DNA from: Pseudomonadota bacterium | GTDB lineage: Bacteria > Pseudomonadota > Alphaproteobacteria > Sphingomonadales > Sphingomonadaceae | Assembly: GCA_039815115.1 (NCBI GenBank) | Contig: JBCBZY010000001.1 | Span: forward strand, 1 to 39,920 | Length of the DNA stretch: 39,920 nt | Direction of reading: 5' to 3' | In this document: in pieces, positions 9,201 through 18,367 of the stretch | Layout: each line of letters starts with the position of its first letter | Numbering within the stretch: the stretch's first letter is position 1 | The notes under the pieces: model-generated | Told to the model about the DNA's origin: nothing | The model's input: the letters and a program-made list of their open reading frames with translations, nothing else | Database searches by the model: none | Made by a program: the position numbers and the translations under genes

Positions 9201-10493
9201 TCAGATCCAGTATCCGAGCGTGTGCAACGATACGCCAACCAGTCCGCCAACCAGCGTGCCGTTGACCCGGATATACTGGAGATCCCGGCCGACCGCATTC
9301 TCGACCCGGTCAGTAATCGTCTGGGCATCCCAGCCATGTATCGTTTCTGACACCAGCTTGACGATATTGTCGCCATAGCTCGCCACGACACCGGCCACCG
9401 CGCGGCGGGCGAAGCGGTTGAGCTGGCGATTGAGGATCGGGTCCTGCTGCAGGCTGCTGCCCAGCTGCATCAGCGCATCGCCGAAATGCCCGGCCATCGC
9501 AGCATCGGGATCGCGTGAAGCCTTGAGCAGCGCGTTGCGGCCATTCTCCCAGATTCCGTCAATCCAGTTGGCAATGGCGGGATTCTCGATCATTTCCAGT
9601 TTCCACTGGTTGATCCGCTCGCGCAATTCGGGATCGGTTTTCAGCTCGCGCGCAAGCTCGGCCAGCGCCTCTTCCGACTTTGTCCGCACCGGATGATCCG
9701 GATCCGAGGCCATGTCTGCGAGCAATTTGTAGAGACCGTCGACAACTTCATTGGCCAGCCGGTCATCCAGTCCGGTCCAGCGCATCACGGTATTGGCCCG
9801 GTCGAACACGACGGCGCGGATCACATATTCGTTCGCATCGAGCGTCCGGTAGGCCCATTTGATCGTCGAATCGATCAGCGGTCCATGCCGGTTTTCCTTC
9901 ATCACGACTTCGAGAATCTGTCCCAGCGGCGTCGCCAGATCGAGATCTCTTGCCTGTGACTTTACTGCGCCCTTGAACATGCTGCCGAGGCGGTCCTGGT
10001 CGAGTGAGGCGATGATATCACCGATCAGACGCGAGGCGCCCATTTTCAACCGGCCTTCTCCGCCGCTGGGGGATTTCAGAAAACGCCCGACGCCGCCGGC
10101 CAGATCGACACCATGCATCCGCTGTGCGACGATTCGGGTGATCAGGAAATTGCTCTTCAGAAAATTGGCAAGCGTATTGCCGATCCGGTCCTTGTTGCGG
10201 GGGATGATGGCGGTGTGGGGGATCGGAATGCCCATCGGATGCCGGAACAGGGCGGTGACGGCGAACCAGTCGGCCAGCCCGCCGACCATTGCGGCTTCGG
10301 CAAAAGCCCGGACGAAGCCAATTGCAGGATGGACAGGCTCCCAGGACTTGGCGGTGAAATAGATGATCGCCATCAGAACGAGCAGTCCGGTCGCGATGAT
10401 TTTCATGTCGCGACCGGCATTGTTCGTTTCGAGACCGGCCTGGCCCGCAGCGCCGCCGTTACCGGGCGCCAATGTCGATGATAACGGCTTCAC
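9201..10493 (-). CDS. DUF445 family membrane-anchored protein
   Basis: AEAAMVGGLADWFAVTALFRHP, HTAIIP and DLQYIRVNGTLVGG motifs; GTG start overlaps the RND stop (GTGA). Confidence 0.92.
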   Translation of the reverse strand: MKPLSSTLAPGNGGAAGQAGLETNNAGRDMKIIATGLLVLMAIIYFTAKSWEPVHPAIGFVRAFAEAAMVGGLADWFAVTALFRHPMGIPIPHTAIIPRNKDRIGNTLANFLKSNFLITRIVAQRMHGVDLAGGVGRFLKSPSGGEGRLKMGASRLIGDIIASLDQDRLGSMFKGAVKSQARDLDLATPLGQILEVVMKENRHGPLIDSTIKWAYRTLDANEYVIRAVVFDRANTVMRWTGLDDRLANEVVDGLYKLLADMASDPDHPVRTKSEEALAELARELKTDPELRERINQWKLEMIENPAIANWIDGIWENGRNALLKASRDPDAAMAGHFGDALMQLGSSLQQDPILNRQLNRFARRAVAGVVASYGDNIVKLVSETIHGWDAQTITDRVENAVGRDLQYIRVNGTLVGGLVGVSLHTLGYWI

Positions 10494-13400
10494 TCGGCTG
10501 GCTGAACCTCGCCATCAGGACGGTCATGCCGGTCGTCACCGGGCTTGTAGGTCAGCATCTTCTTGCGCAGCCACGGTCCGGCCCGTCGTTCAAATCCGTC
10601 CGCGAGACTGAAGCCGGCGGGAACGATGACCAGGGTCAGCATGGTTGAAACGATCAGGCCGCCAATCACCACCGTGCCCATGGGTGCACGCCACGCGCCG
10701 TCGCCGGACAGCGACAGGGCGGTCGGAACCATGCCGGCGGTCATGGCAACTGTCGTCATGACAATCGGCTGGGCGCGCTTGTGCCCGGCATCCATGATCG
10801 CCTCGAATTGCGGCACGCCATTTTTCATTTCCTCGATCGCGAAATCGATCAGCAGAATGGAGTTTTTACTGACAATGCCCAGCAGCATCAGCACTCCGAT
10901 CAGAACCGGCATCGACACAGGTTGCCCGAACGCCCAGACCAGCAGGATCCCGCCAAGCGGCGCGAGAGCCAGCGACCCCATGTTCACCAGCGGAGACATG
11001 AGCCGCTTGTAAAGCAGGACAAGGGTCGCAAAGACCAGCAGGATCCCGGCGATCAGGGCGATGACGAAATTGACCGCCAGTTCCTGTTGCCACTCATCTT
11101 CGCCAAAGGCTTCGTTGGATACGCCGGTTGGCAGATTCTTCATCACTTCGGTATCGAATATTGCCTGCATCGCGTCGCCCTTGACCACATCGGGAGCAAG
11201 ATCGGCACCGACAAAGGTCCGGCGATTCTGATTGTAGCGCTGGATCGCGGTCGGCCCCGACCCGAAGCTGACCTTGGCGACGCGGCTGAGCGGTACAGTG
11301 CCGCCAGCAGCGATTGGAATCGGCAGGTTTTCGAGCGTTGTCAGATCGGTACGCGATTCTTCCGGCAGCATGACCCGGATCGGGATCTGGCGATCCGAAA
11401 GCGAGAATTTCGCAGCATTCTGATCAATTTCACCCAGGGTTGCAATGCGGATGGTCTGGCTCAGCGAGGCCGTGGTGACTCCCAGTTTTGAAGCCAGATC
11501 CATATAGGGCGTAATGATGATTTCCGGACGGCTCAGGTCGGCGGCGATACGCGGCGCGCGCACCAGATCAATGCCCTTCATTTCCTCGACAAGCTTCGCG
11601 GCAGTGCCATCGAGCAATACCGGATCCGACCCGGTGAGCATGATCGAGATATCGCGCCCGGTTCCGCCGCCACCGCTCTGCGACTGGAAGGAGATGCGGG
11701 CATCAGGAATTTTCTGCAGTTCCGGCAGCATGCTCCGTTCAAACTCGATCGACGTCTTGTCGCGTTCTTCCCTGTAGTTGACGAACACGGTCGCGTTGGT
11801 TTCGCGAACACGAGTCAGTGCGCGCTCGACTTCCGGCTGCGCGTACATCAGCTCGGACACCTGATCGGCAATTTTCTCGGTCTGCTCGAGCGTCGTACCC
11901 GGCACCACCTCGATCTGGACCCGGCTGCTATTCTCGTTGATCGTCGGCTGGAACTGCGCAGGGGTGATGGCAAACAGGATCACGGTGACGATGAAGGACA
12001 GCAAACCCATTGCCAGAACCCAGATCCTGTGATCGTAGGTGCGTGCCCGGAAACGACCGATGCGATAGGCATACCATTTGGCAAATTGGCCACCGAACCA
12101 GTTGACAATAGTCCAAATAATCCATGCCGCGACGCCGGTAATGACGAGCGCGACACCGAGGCCGATGGCCATTCCGACCATCGCGACCAAAAACTCGCTC
12201 GGGACCCATTCGATGACCAAGCTATAAAATTCCGTTCCAACCTTGAAGGTCAAGCCGCAAAAGGCCGCCACAAATAGCGCGAAGAGGCCTATTCCAAGGA
12301 GATATTGCCACCAGGCGGCCTTCGCCGGCGTCAGCTGCTCACGATATTTGTCCGCATCCGAACGATCCAGTGACCAGTCCAGCAGTTTCAGATAGCGATC
12401 CATCCACTTGCCTTCGCCATGTTCGGCATGGCCCTTGGCTTCGAGGAAATAGGCCGCAACCATCGGCGTTATCATCCGCGCCACCGCGAGGCTCATCAGA
12501 ACCGATACGACGACCGTGATCCCGAAATTCTTGAAAAACTGACCCGAGATACCGGGCATCAGGCCGACCGGCAGGAACACCGCGACAATACCGAAAGAGG
12601 TCGCGACAACGGCAAGACCGATTTCGTCGGCCGCATCAATCGATGCCTGATAGGCGGACTTGCCCATGCGCATGTGGCGGACGATATTCTCGATCTCCAC
12701 AATCGCATCATCGACCAGCACTCCGGCCACCAGCCCGAGTGCAAGCAGTGACAGGAAATTCAGATTGAACCCCAGCAGATCCATGAACCAGAAGGTCGGG
12801 ATGGCCGAGAGCGGAATGGCAATCGCCGAAATCACCGTGGCGCGCCAGTCGCGCAGGAACAGGAAGACGACCACGACGGCGAGCAGGGCGCCCTCGATCA
12901 TCGCCAGCATCGAGCTTTTATACTGGCTCTTGGTATAGTCGACACTGGTGCCGAGCTGAATGAACTCAATCCCGGGATTTTCTTCCTCGATCTTGTTCAT
13001 GATCTCGACGGCTTCGTCATAGATGGTGACGTCGGATGAATTGCGTGCCCGGGTCATCGAGAAGTTGACGACTTCGACACCGCGCACCTTGCTGATCGAG
13101 CTGCGTTCGCCGAAGGAGTCGCTGACATCGGCCACATCGGCCAGTTTGATCGTCTGGCCGTTGCGCAGGGAAATCTGCGTCTGGGAAAGCGCATAGGCAT
13201 CATCCGCATTGCCGAGCACTCGCACCGACTGGCGCGTTCCGCCAACTTCAGCTCGCCCGCCGGCCGCGTTGATGTTCACCTGGCGCAGCGTAGTGTTGAT
13301 CTGGTTTGCCGTGACGCCCAGCGCCTGCATCCGTTCGGGCCGCAAAATGACGCGGATTTCGCGGTCGACACCGCCGAACCGGTCGACCTCGGCCATGCCG

Positions 13401-13915
13401 TTTACAGTCAGCAGCCGCTTCGCCACCGTATCGTCAACGAACCAGCTCAGCTGTTCCACTGTCATATCGTCGGCCTTTACCGCGAAATAGGCGATCGGGC
13501 CGCCCGCGACGTCGACTTTGGCGATCTGTGGCTCGAGAATACCGTCGGGCAGCGAGCCTCTGGCCTGATCAACCGCATTTTTGACTTCGTTCACAGCGAC
13601 ATTGGGATCCTCGCCAATCTCGAATTCCACAAAGGTCCGGCTGCTGCCCTCGCTGGCGGTCGAACTGATATTTTTCACACCGCTGATCGCGCGCACGGCA
13701 GCTTCAATCCGCTGCGTGATCTGGTTCTCGATCTCGGTCGGCGCTGCCCCGGGCTGGGCGATGGTCACACGGACGGCCGGAAACTCGACATCCGGATTGT
13801 TGACCACATCCATGCGGTTGAAGCTCAGGATCCCGGCAAAAAGCAGGCCGGCAAACAGAACCAGCGGCACCACCGGATTACGTGTGGACCATGCGGAGAT
13901 ATTGCGGAGGTTCAT
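10490..13915 (-). CDS. RND efflux permease subunit (AcrB/MdtB family)
   Basis: GVLVDDAIVEIENI (TM4 Asp-Asp), GIVSKNSILLID (TM10 Lys), RAQPIVMTT; 1141 aa. Confidence 0.96.
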   Translation of the reverse strand: MNLRNISAWSTRNPVVPLVLFAGLLFAGILSFNRMDVVNNPDVEFPAVRVTIAQPGAAPTEIENQITQRIEAAVRAISGVKNISSTASEGSSRTFVEFEIGEDPNVAVNEVKNAVDQARGSLPDGILEPQIAKVDVAGGPIAYFAVKADDMTVEQLSWFVDDTVAKRLLTVNGMAEVDRFGGVDREIRVILRPERMQALGVTANQINTTLRQVNINAAGGRAEVGGTRQSVRVLGNADDAYALSQTQISLRNGQTIKLADVADVSDSFGERSSISKVRGVEVVNFSMTRARNSSDVTIYDEAVEIMNKIEEENPGIEFIQLGTSVDYTKSQYKSSMLAMIEGALLAVVVVFLFLRDWRATVISAIAIPLSAIPTFWFMDLLGFNLNFLSLLALGLVAGVLVDDAIVEIENIVRHMRMGKSAYQASIDAADEIGLAVVATSFGIVAVFLPVGLMPGISGQFFKNFGITVVVSVLMSLAVARMITPMVAAYFLEAKGHAEHGEGKWMDRYLKLLDWSLDRSDADKYREQLTPAKAAWWQYLLGIGLFALFVAAFCGLTFKVGTEFYSLVIEWVPSEFLVAMVGMAIGLGVALVITGVAAWIIWTIVNWFGGQFAKWYAYRIGRFRARTYDHRIWVLAMGLLSFIVTVILFAITPAQFQPTINENSSRVQIEVVPGTTLEQTEKIADQVSELMYAQPEVERALTRVRETNATVFVNYREERDKTSIEFERSMLPELQKIPDARISFQSQSGGGGTGRDISIMLTGSDPVLLDGTAAKLVEEMKGIDLVRAPRIAADLSRPEIIITPYMDLASKLGVTTASLSQTIRIATLGEIDQNAAKFSLSDRQIPIRVMLPEESRTDLTTLENLPIPIAAGGTVPLSRVAKVSFGSGPTAIQRYNQNRRTFVGADLAPDVVKGDAMQAIFDTEVMKNLPTGVSNEAFGEDEWQQELAVNFVIALIAGILLVFATLVLLYKRLMSPLVNMGSLALAPLGGILLVWAFGQPVSMPVLIGVLMLLGIVSKNSILLIDFAIEEMKNGVPQFEAIMDAGHKRAQPIVMTTVAMTAGMVPTALSLSGDGAWRAPMGTVVIGGLIVSTMLTLVIVPAGFSLADGFERRAGPWLRKKMLTYKPGDDRHDRPDGEVQPAE

Positions 13916-13960
13916 CGATATTGCCTCATGGGATCAAATGCGAACTGACGCGCCAAGCGG

Positions 13961-15148
13961 TCAATTGCTGGAGTCTTCCTCCTGCAGTCTGGGAGTGATG
14001 GTCTCGCCGGGGCTCAGGAAGCCACCCGCCCGCAATACCACGCGTTCGGTGCCATCGAGCCCGGATGTGATGGACAGACCGGCACTGGACACCGCACCCA
14101 CCTCGACATCCCGGCGCTCTGCCTTGTTGTCCTGGCCAACAATATAGACAAATGCGCCATTGCTGTCGTTCAGGACCGCAGATTCCGGCAAAACAGCCGC
14201 TTCACCGGAACCGCTGCGAATGCGCGCGCTGGCAAAACCGCCGGGCCGGAGAGCTGCATCATAGCCCAGCGCAATGCGCGCCGTACCCTGACGGGACTGG
14301 GGATCGATCACGGGAGATACCTGCCAGATCTGGCCTTCGAGAACCTTGTCAGTCCCCACCGGAGTGACTTCGGTCACCGTTCCGACGCTGACATTCGCCA
14401 GATCCGACTCGCCCAGCTGTGCCTGCAATTCCATTTCGCCATTCTGGGCGAGGCGGAACAGCATGCCGCTGCCCTGGGTCACAGTCTGTCCGGGTTCAAT
14501 ATTGCGTTCCAGAACGAAGCCGCCTTTTGGTGCGACAATGTTGAGACGGCTGTTTCGCGCCCGGGTCTCATTCAATTGCGCCTCGGCCACACGCAGCCGC
14601 GCGGCTTGCGCGTCGCGAGTCGCGGTGAGACGGTCAATATCCGCTTTCGAGATAAATCCCCGCTCGACCAGCTTGGCTGCCCGGTCGAGATTGGACTGGG
14701 CGAGATCGAGATCCGCACGCGCAACACCTACTGAGGCCGACAGGCCGGCGGCCTGCTGGCTCTGTACCGAGCGGTCAATACTGGCCATGATCTGACCCGG
14801 TTTGACCCAGTCTCCGGCATCAACAAAAACACTGGTCACGCGGCCGCCTTCACCGACGACACCGACCGGAATCTCCCGGCGTGCGGCCAGTGTGCCGGTT
14901 GCGTTGATCGTCCGGACGACAGACTTCTTGCCGGGTACGGCAACTGTCACGACCGGGGCTTGTGTCGCGCTGGCATCGGCTTCAGCGGCGCCGCTTCCGA
15001 ACATCGACCACAGGCCGAGTGCGACGGCGATGACCAGAATAGCTACACCTGCAATGATCAGCAGCCGGCGGTTGCGGTCGGCATTGACCGGTTCGCCTAT
15101 TGTCGAACCCGTCATGTCTTCGCTGGGGATGGTTGATTCATAGTTCAT
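13961..15148 (-). CDS. RND periplasmic adaptor (membrane fusion protein)
   Basis: N-terminal TM segment, lipoyl-like halves (VDAGDWVKPGQ; IVAPKGG), coiled hairpin, LRPGGF; directly upstream of the permease. Confidence 0.93.
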   Translation of the reverse strand: MNYESTIPSEDMTGSTIGEPVNADRNRRLLIIAGVAILVIAVALGLWSMFGSGAAEADASATQAPVVTVAVPGKKSVVRTINATGTLAARREIPVGVVGEGGRVTSVFVDAGDWVKPGQIMASIDRSVQSQQAAGLSASVGVARADLDLAQSNLDRAAKLVERGFISKADIDRLTATRDAQAARLRVAEAQLNETRARNSRLNIVAPKGGFVLERNIEPGQTVTQGSGMLFRLAQNGEMELQAQLGESDLANVSVGTVTEVTPVGTDKVLEGQIWQVSPVIDPQSRQGTARIALGYDAALRPGGFASARIRSGSGEAAVLPESAVLNDSNGAFVYIVGQDNKAERRDVEVGAVSSAGLSITSGLDGTERVVLRAGGFLSPGETITPRLQEEDSSN

Positions 15149-15372
15149 GTTTATTCTCTTGCGCAGGGCTCTTACCGTGTTTTTGCCTGGCGATATAGTC
15201 AGGAAACAACAAAAACAGGGGAAATACCCGATATTTCTGGCAGCTGTATTAGATCAATAAATCACCCACGACAAGCCCGATCATCCGTCGCGACTGGAAA
15301 TTCCCGTGATTTGGCAAAGTCCATTCACCACAAACGCCGGTTTGACGCCGATTTTGCGCCAGTCTGAACAGA

Positions 15373-15400
15373 GAAAGGCCGGCTGTCCTGCCGGCCTTTC
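15373..15400 (-). terminator. Intrinsic terminator after the GlsB/YeaQ gene
   Basis: GAAAGGCCGGC-TGTCCT-GCCGGCCTTTC perfect hairpin. Confidence 0.7.
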
Positions 15401-15434
15401 CTGCTGTCCAAAATATCAACCCTGATTGTCGGGT

Positions 15435-15710
15435 TTACCGAATTTTTCCGCGTTTGATCAGGTTGACGATCCCGAGCAGAACCACGGCTCCGCCGAAAGC
15501 GACTGCCAGTGTGATCGGATTAAACGGCGCATCGCGCAGATTCTGGGTGCCGCCGGTAAAAAAGCTGAACAGCCAGCCACCGAGCATCGACCCGACACAA
15601 CCGACGATGACATTGGCAAAAATTCCCATCGATGCATCACGGCCCATCACCATGCTGGCCAGCCAGCCGATGATTCCGCCCATGACCAGCGCAATGATAA
15701 ATGTAATCAT
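15435..15710 (-). CDS. GlsB/YeaQ/YmgE family (transglycosylase-associated) membrane protein
   Basis: GGIIGWLASMVM...GIFANVIVGCVGSMLGG...GAVVLL; GGAGGA RBS. Confidence 0.92.
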   Translation of the reverse strand: MITFIIALVMGGIIGWLASMVMGRDASMGIFANVIVGCVGSMLGGWLFSFFTGGTQNLRDAPFNPITLAVAFGGAVVLLGIVNLIKRGKIR

Positions 15711-15793
15711 GTAATTCCTCCACCATAGAATGGCATGTTTGCCATGCCGGATGTCGGGAAACTAGCACAGAGTGCAAGGTCTTGGAACCAGAC

Positions 15794-15824
15794 AAAAAAA
15801 GACCCCGGATCAGCTCCGGGGTCT
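15794..15824 (-). terminator. Intrinsic terminator after sciP
   Basis: AGACCCCGGA-N5-TCCGGGGTCT hairpin followed on the minus strand by a T run. Confidence 0.85.
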
Positions 15825-15868
15825 CTGGAAATTATCTGCTGCTGCGAACAGCGGCGCTGCGCTGCAGC

Positions 15869-16168
15869 CTAGTATTTTTGCTGACGCTCGTAGAGGTCGC
15901 GATAATGCTGGATCCGGGTGACCCGCAGCCCAGGCATGCCGGACCGGTCAACGGCGCGCTGCCAGGATGCAAATTCTTCGAGAGACAGATTATAACGGTC
16001 GCATACTTCGTCTACCGTCAGCAGTCCGCCATTCACGGCTGCTACCACTTCGGCCTTGCGACGCACGACCCAGCGTGTCGTTCCCGCAGCCGGCAAGTCG
16101 TCAATTGTCAGCGGTTCGCCCAGTGGGCCGACAACTTGTGCTGGTTTAATCTTCTGGTTCTCAATCAT
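15869..16168 (-). CDS. sciP: CtrA inhibitor SciP (DUF1153)
   Basis: GPLGEPLTIDDLP...TTRWVVRRKAEVVAAVNGGLL...GLRVTRIQHYR; GAGGA RBS before MIENQ; divergent from mnmA. Confidence 0.95.
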   Translation of the reverse strand: MIENQKIKPAQVVGPLGEPLTIDDLPAAGTTRWVVRRKAEVVAAVNGGLLTVDEVCDRYNLSLEEFASWQRAVDRSGMPGLRVTRIQHYRDLYERQQKY

Positions 16169-16306
16169 ACTGTCCTCAATCATGCCTTTCAGCATTTGCT
16201 CTCTGTCCGACTATTACGCAGCCTAGACGCGGAGCTTTTCAATCTACTAAACTACCAAGGTAAACAGCCTGTTCATCATTGTGCTTTCCACAAAAATGAA
16301 CGCAGC

Positions 16307-16621
16307 TCACCCGGCCGAATCCCCGTCCACCAGGTCAGGTCTGAAGTGACCCGTGGCAAAGATTCTGTCCCCATTTTCTTTCGCACCCTGCGAGCGGCTT
16401 TCACCGGCAAAGAACTTGATACGTTCCTCCCTCTGGGCTTCCGGAACATCGGTCCGGATCCCGGCGACAGGATCACGCCCCGTTGCCATCGCCCTGGACG
16501 TTATCGAATCCGACTGGCGCCGGACCGCACATGTGATCAGCGATTCCAGATCGCTGACCAGATCTGCATCGGCATCCATTGCCGACAGGTCCAGATCCTT
16601 GTGAGGGAAATTCATATCCAT
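16307..16621 (-). CDS. Small hypothetical protein upstream of sciP
   Basis: ORF MDMNFPHKDLDLSAMDADADLVSDLESL... fills the sciP-mnmA gap and has the same upstream motif as sciP. No recognisable domain. Confidence 0.45.
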   Translation of the reverse strand: MDMNFPHKDLDLSAMDADADLVSDLESLITCAVRRQSDSITSRAMATGRDPVAGIRTDVPEAQREERIKFFAGESRSQGAKENGDRIFATGHFRPDLVDGDSAG

Positions 16622-16809
16622 GAACCATGGTCTAGCAGCCAAGGTATAAACTTGCGTAAAAGACCTGTTCACGGGCTCTTAGGACTGGTTAAGCAAAGGT
16701 TCCTTGCAAAGACCGGTTCCGTCCCAATATGAACCACTATCGAAGTTTTCCGCAGATATTTGCGCAACAGTAGCGTGAATGGCGGATCGTCGCTAAGGCA
16801 CATCGGGAT

Positions 16810-17955
16810 ATGGAAGATCGAATCAGCAATAATTTTCAGCTCGGCTCTGACAATGGCGGGGACCTGAGCGGCAAGCGGATTGTCGTGGCCATGTCCGGCG
16901 GTGTCGATTCGAGCGTCGTTGCGGCTTTGGCCGCACGGACAGGTGCGGAAACCATCGGCATCACTCTCCAGCTTTATGATCATGGCGAAGCCGTGGGTCG
17001 GGCCGGAAGCTGCTGTGCCGGTCAGGACATTCGCGACGCCCGGGCGGTTGCCGAAAAGCTGGGCATCGCCCATTATGTATTCGACCACGCCAGCCGTTTC
17101 CAGGAATCGGTGATGGATGTCTTCGCCGACGAATATATGGCAGGACGGACACCGATCCCCTGCGTCCAGTGCAATATGGGTGTGAAATTTACCGATCTGC
17201 TCAACCTGTCACGGGAACTGGGCGCGGATTGTCTGGCGACCGGGCACTATGTCCGGCGCGTCATGGGGAATGACGGGGCCGAACTGCACCGGGCGATGGA
17301 TCCGGCGCGAGACCAGAGTTATTTTCTCTTTGCCACGACGCAGGAGCAGCTCGACTATTTGCGCTTCCCGCTGGGTGATCTCCCCAAGCCGCAAGTTCGG
17401 GAAATTGCGGAGGAAATGGGGCTGGCGGTGGCGTTCAAGCCGGACAGTCAGGATATCTGCTTCGTGCCCGACGGGGATTATGCCAAGGTGGTGCGCAAAT
17501 TGCGGCCGGAAGCCGATGATGATGGAGAGATCATCCATGTCGACGGTCAGCTCATGGGCCGGCACAAGGGTCTGATCCATTATACGGTCGGGCAGCGCAA
17601 GGGTCTCGAAATTGGCGGGCAGGCGGAGCCACTCTATGTCGTGCGACTGGAACCGGAAACCCGGCGGGTAATCGTTGGGCCGAAACAGGCGCTGGCCGTG
17701 GCTTCGGCAAAACTGCGGGACATCAACTGGATTGGCGGAGATTTTACCGGACCGATGCGGGTCAAGGTCCGTTCGATGGCCAAACCGACGCACGCCCGGC
17801 TTGAAGATGGCAAGCTGCAGTTTCACAATCCGGAATATGGTGTGGCGCCTGGCCAGGCCGCAGTCTTCTATAACAAGGACCGGGTTCTGGGCGGTGGCTG
17901 GATTGAAAGCACCGGTGCGATGTCCCAGCAGTGGCTGGCCGCTGCGACCGGCTGA
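16810..17955 (+). CDS. mnmA: tRNA 2-thiouridine(34) synthase MnmA
   Basis: [58 protein letters not shown]. Confidence 0.97.
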   Translation: MEDRISNNFQLGSDNGGDLSGKRIVVAMSGGVDSSVVAALAARTGAETIGITLQLYDHGEAVGRAGSCCAGQDIRDARAVAEKLGIAHYVFDHASRFQESVMDVFADEYMAGRTPIPCVQCNMGVKFTDLLNLSRELGADCLATGHYVRRVMGNDGAELHRAMDPARDQSYFLFATTQEQLDYLRFPLGDLPKPQVREIAEEMGLAVAFKPDSQDICFVPDGDYAKVVRKLRPEADDDGEIIHVDGQLMGRHKGLIHYTVGQRKGLEIGGQAEPLYVVRLEPETRRVIVGPKQALAVASAKLRDINWIGGDFTGPMRVKVRSMAKPTHARLEDGKLQFHNPEYGVAPGQAAVFYNKDRVLGGGWIESTGAMSQQWLAAATG

Positions 17956-17960
17956 ACCGG

Positions 17961-18329
17961 CTAGTCGACGTCGAGTTTGACCCTGTCGGCCATCACGCAG
18001 CCCCAGCCTTCACGAAATTCTGCAGTCGCGGATGACAGCAGCGGTACCGAGGCCGTGACCTGCCTGCTTTCATCGTCCACTGACAGTCCGATCAGCTCCA
18101 TGCCTGGCTCGAAATCCTTGCGGCAGTCGCCGATGTCCCGGCCGCCAATATAGTGGCAGGAACAAGCTACCCGCGCGCCATAGGCGGTCCCAACAGCCAG
18201 CTGACCCTTGATGAAATTATAATTCCACGCGAATACCGCGCCCAAAATCACGAGAAACAGGATCAGGACATAGCCTGCGATACGCAGCTTGCTGGTTGAT
18301 GTCGGAGAATCTTTTTTTGCTGTTGCCAT
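17961..18329 (-). CDS. Small membrane-anchored Cys-rich protein resembling the N-terminal accessory domain of beta-lactamase-family serine hydrolases
   Basis: One TM helix followed by GTAYGARVACSCHYIGGR...VTASVP...AEFREGWGCV. Confidence 0.75.
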   Translation of the reverse strand: MATAKKDSPTSTSKLRIAGYVLILFLVILGAVFAWNYNFIKGQLAVGTAYGARVACSCHYIGGRDIGDCRKDFEPGMELIGLSVDDESRQVTASVPLLSSATAEFREGWGCVMADRVKLDVD

Positions 18330-18367
18330 CGGTGTCCCTATTGGTGCAACCACCGCGCATGTACAAG

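Noticed and set aside
15782-16732. 316-aa plus-strand ORF spanning sciP
   Set aside because: Runs through a terminator, sciP antisense and promoter motifs; the composition does not look protein-like.
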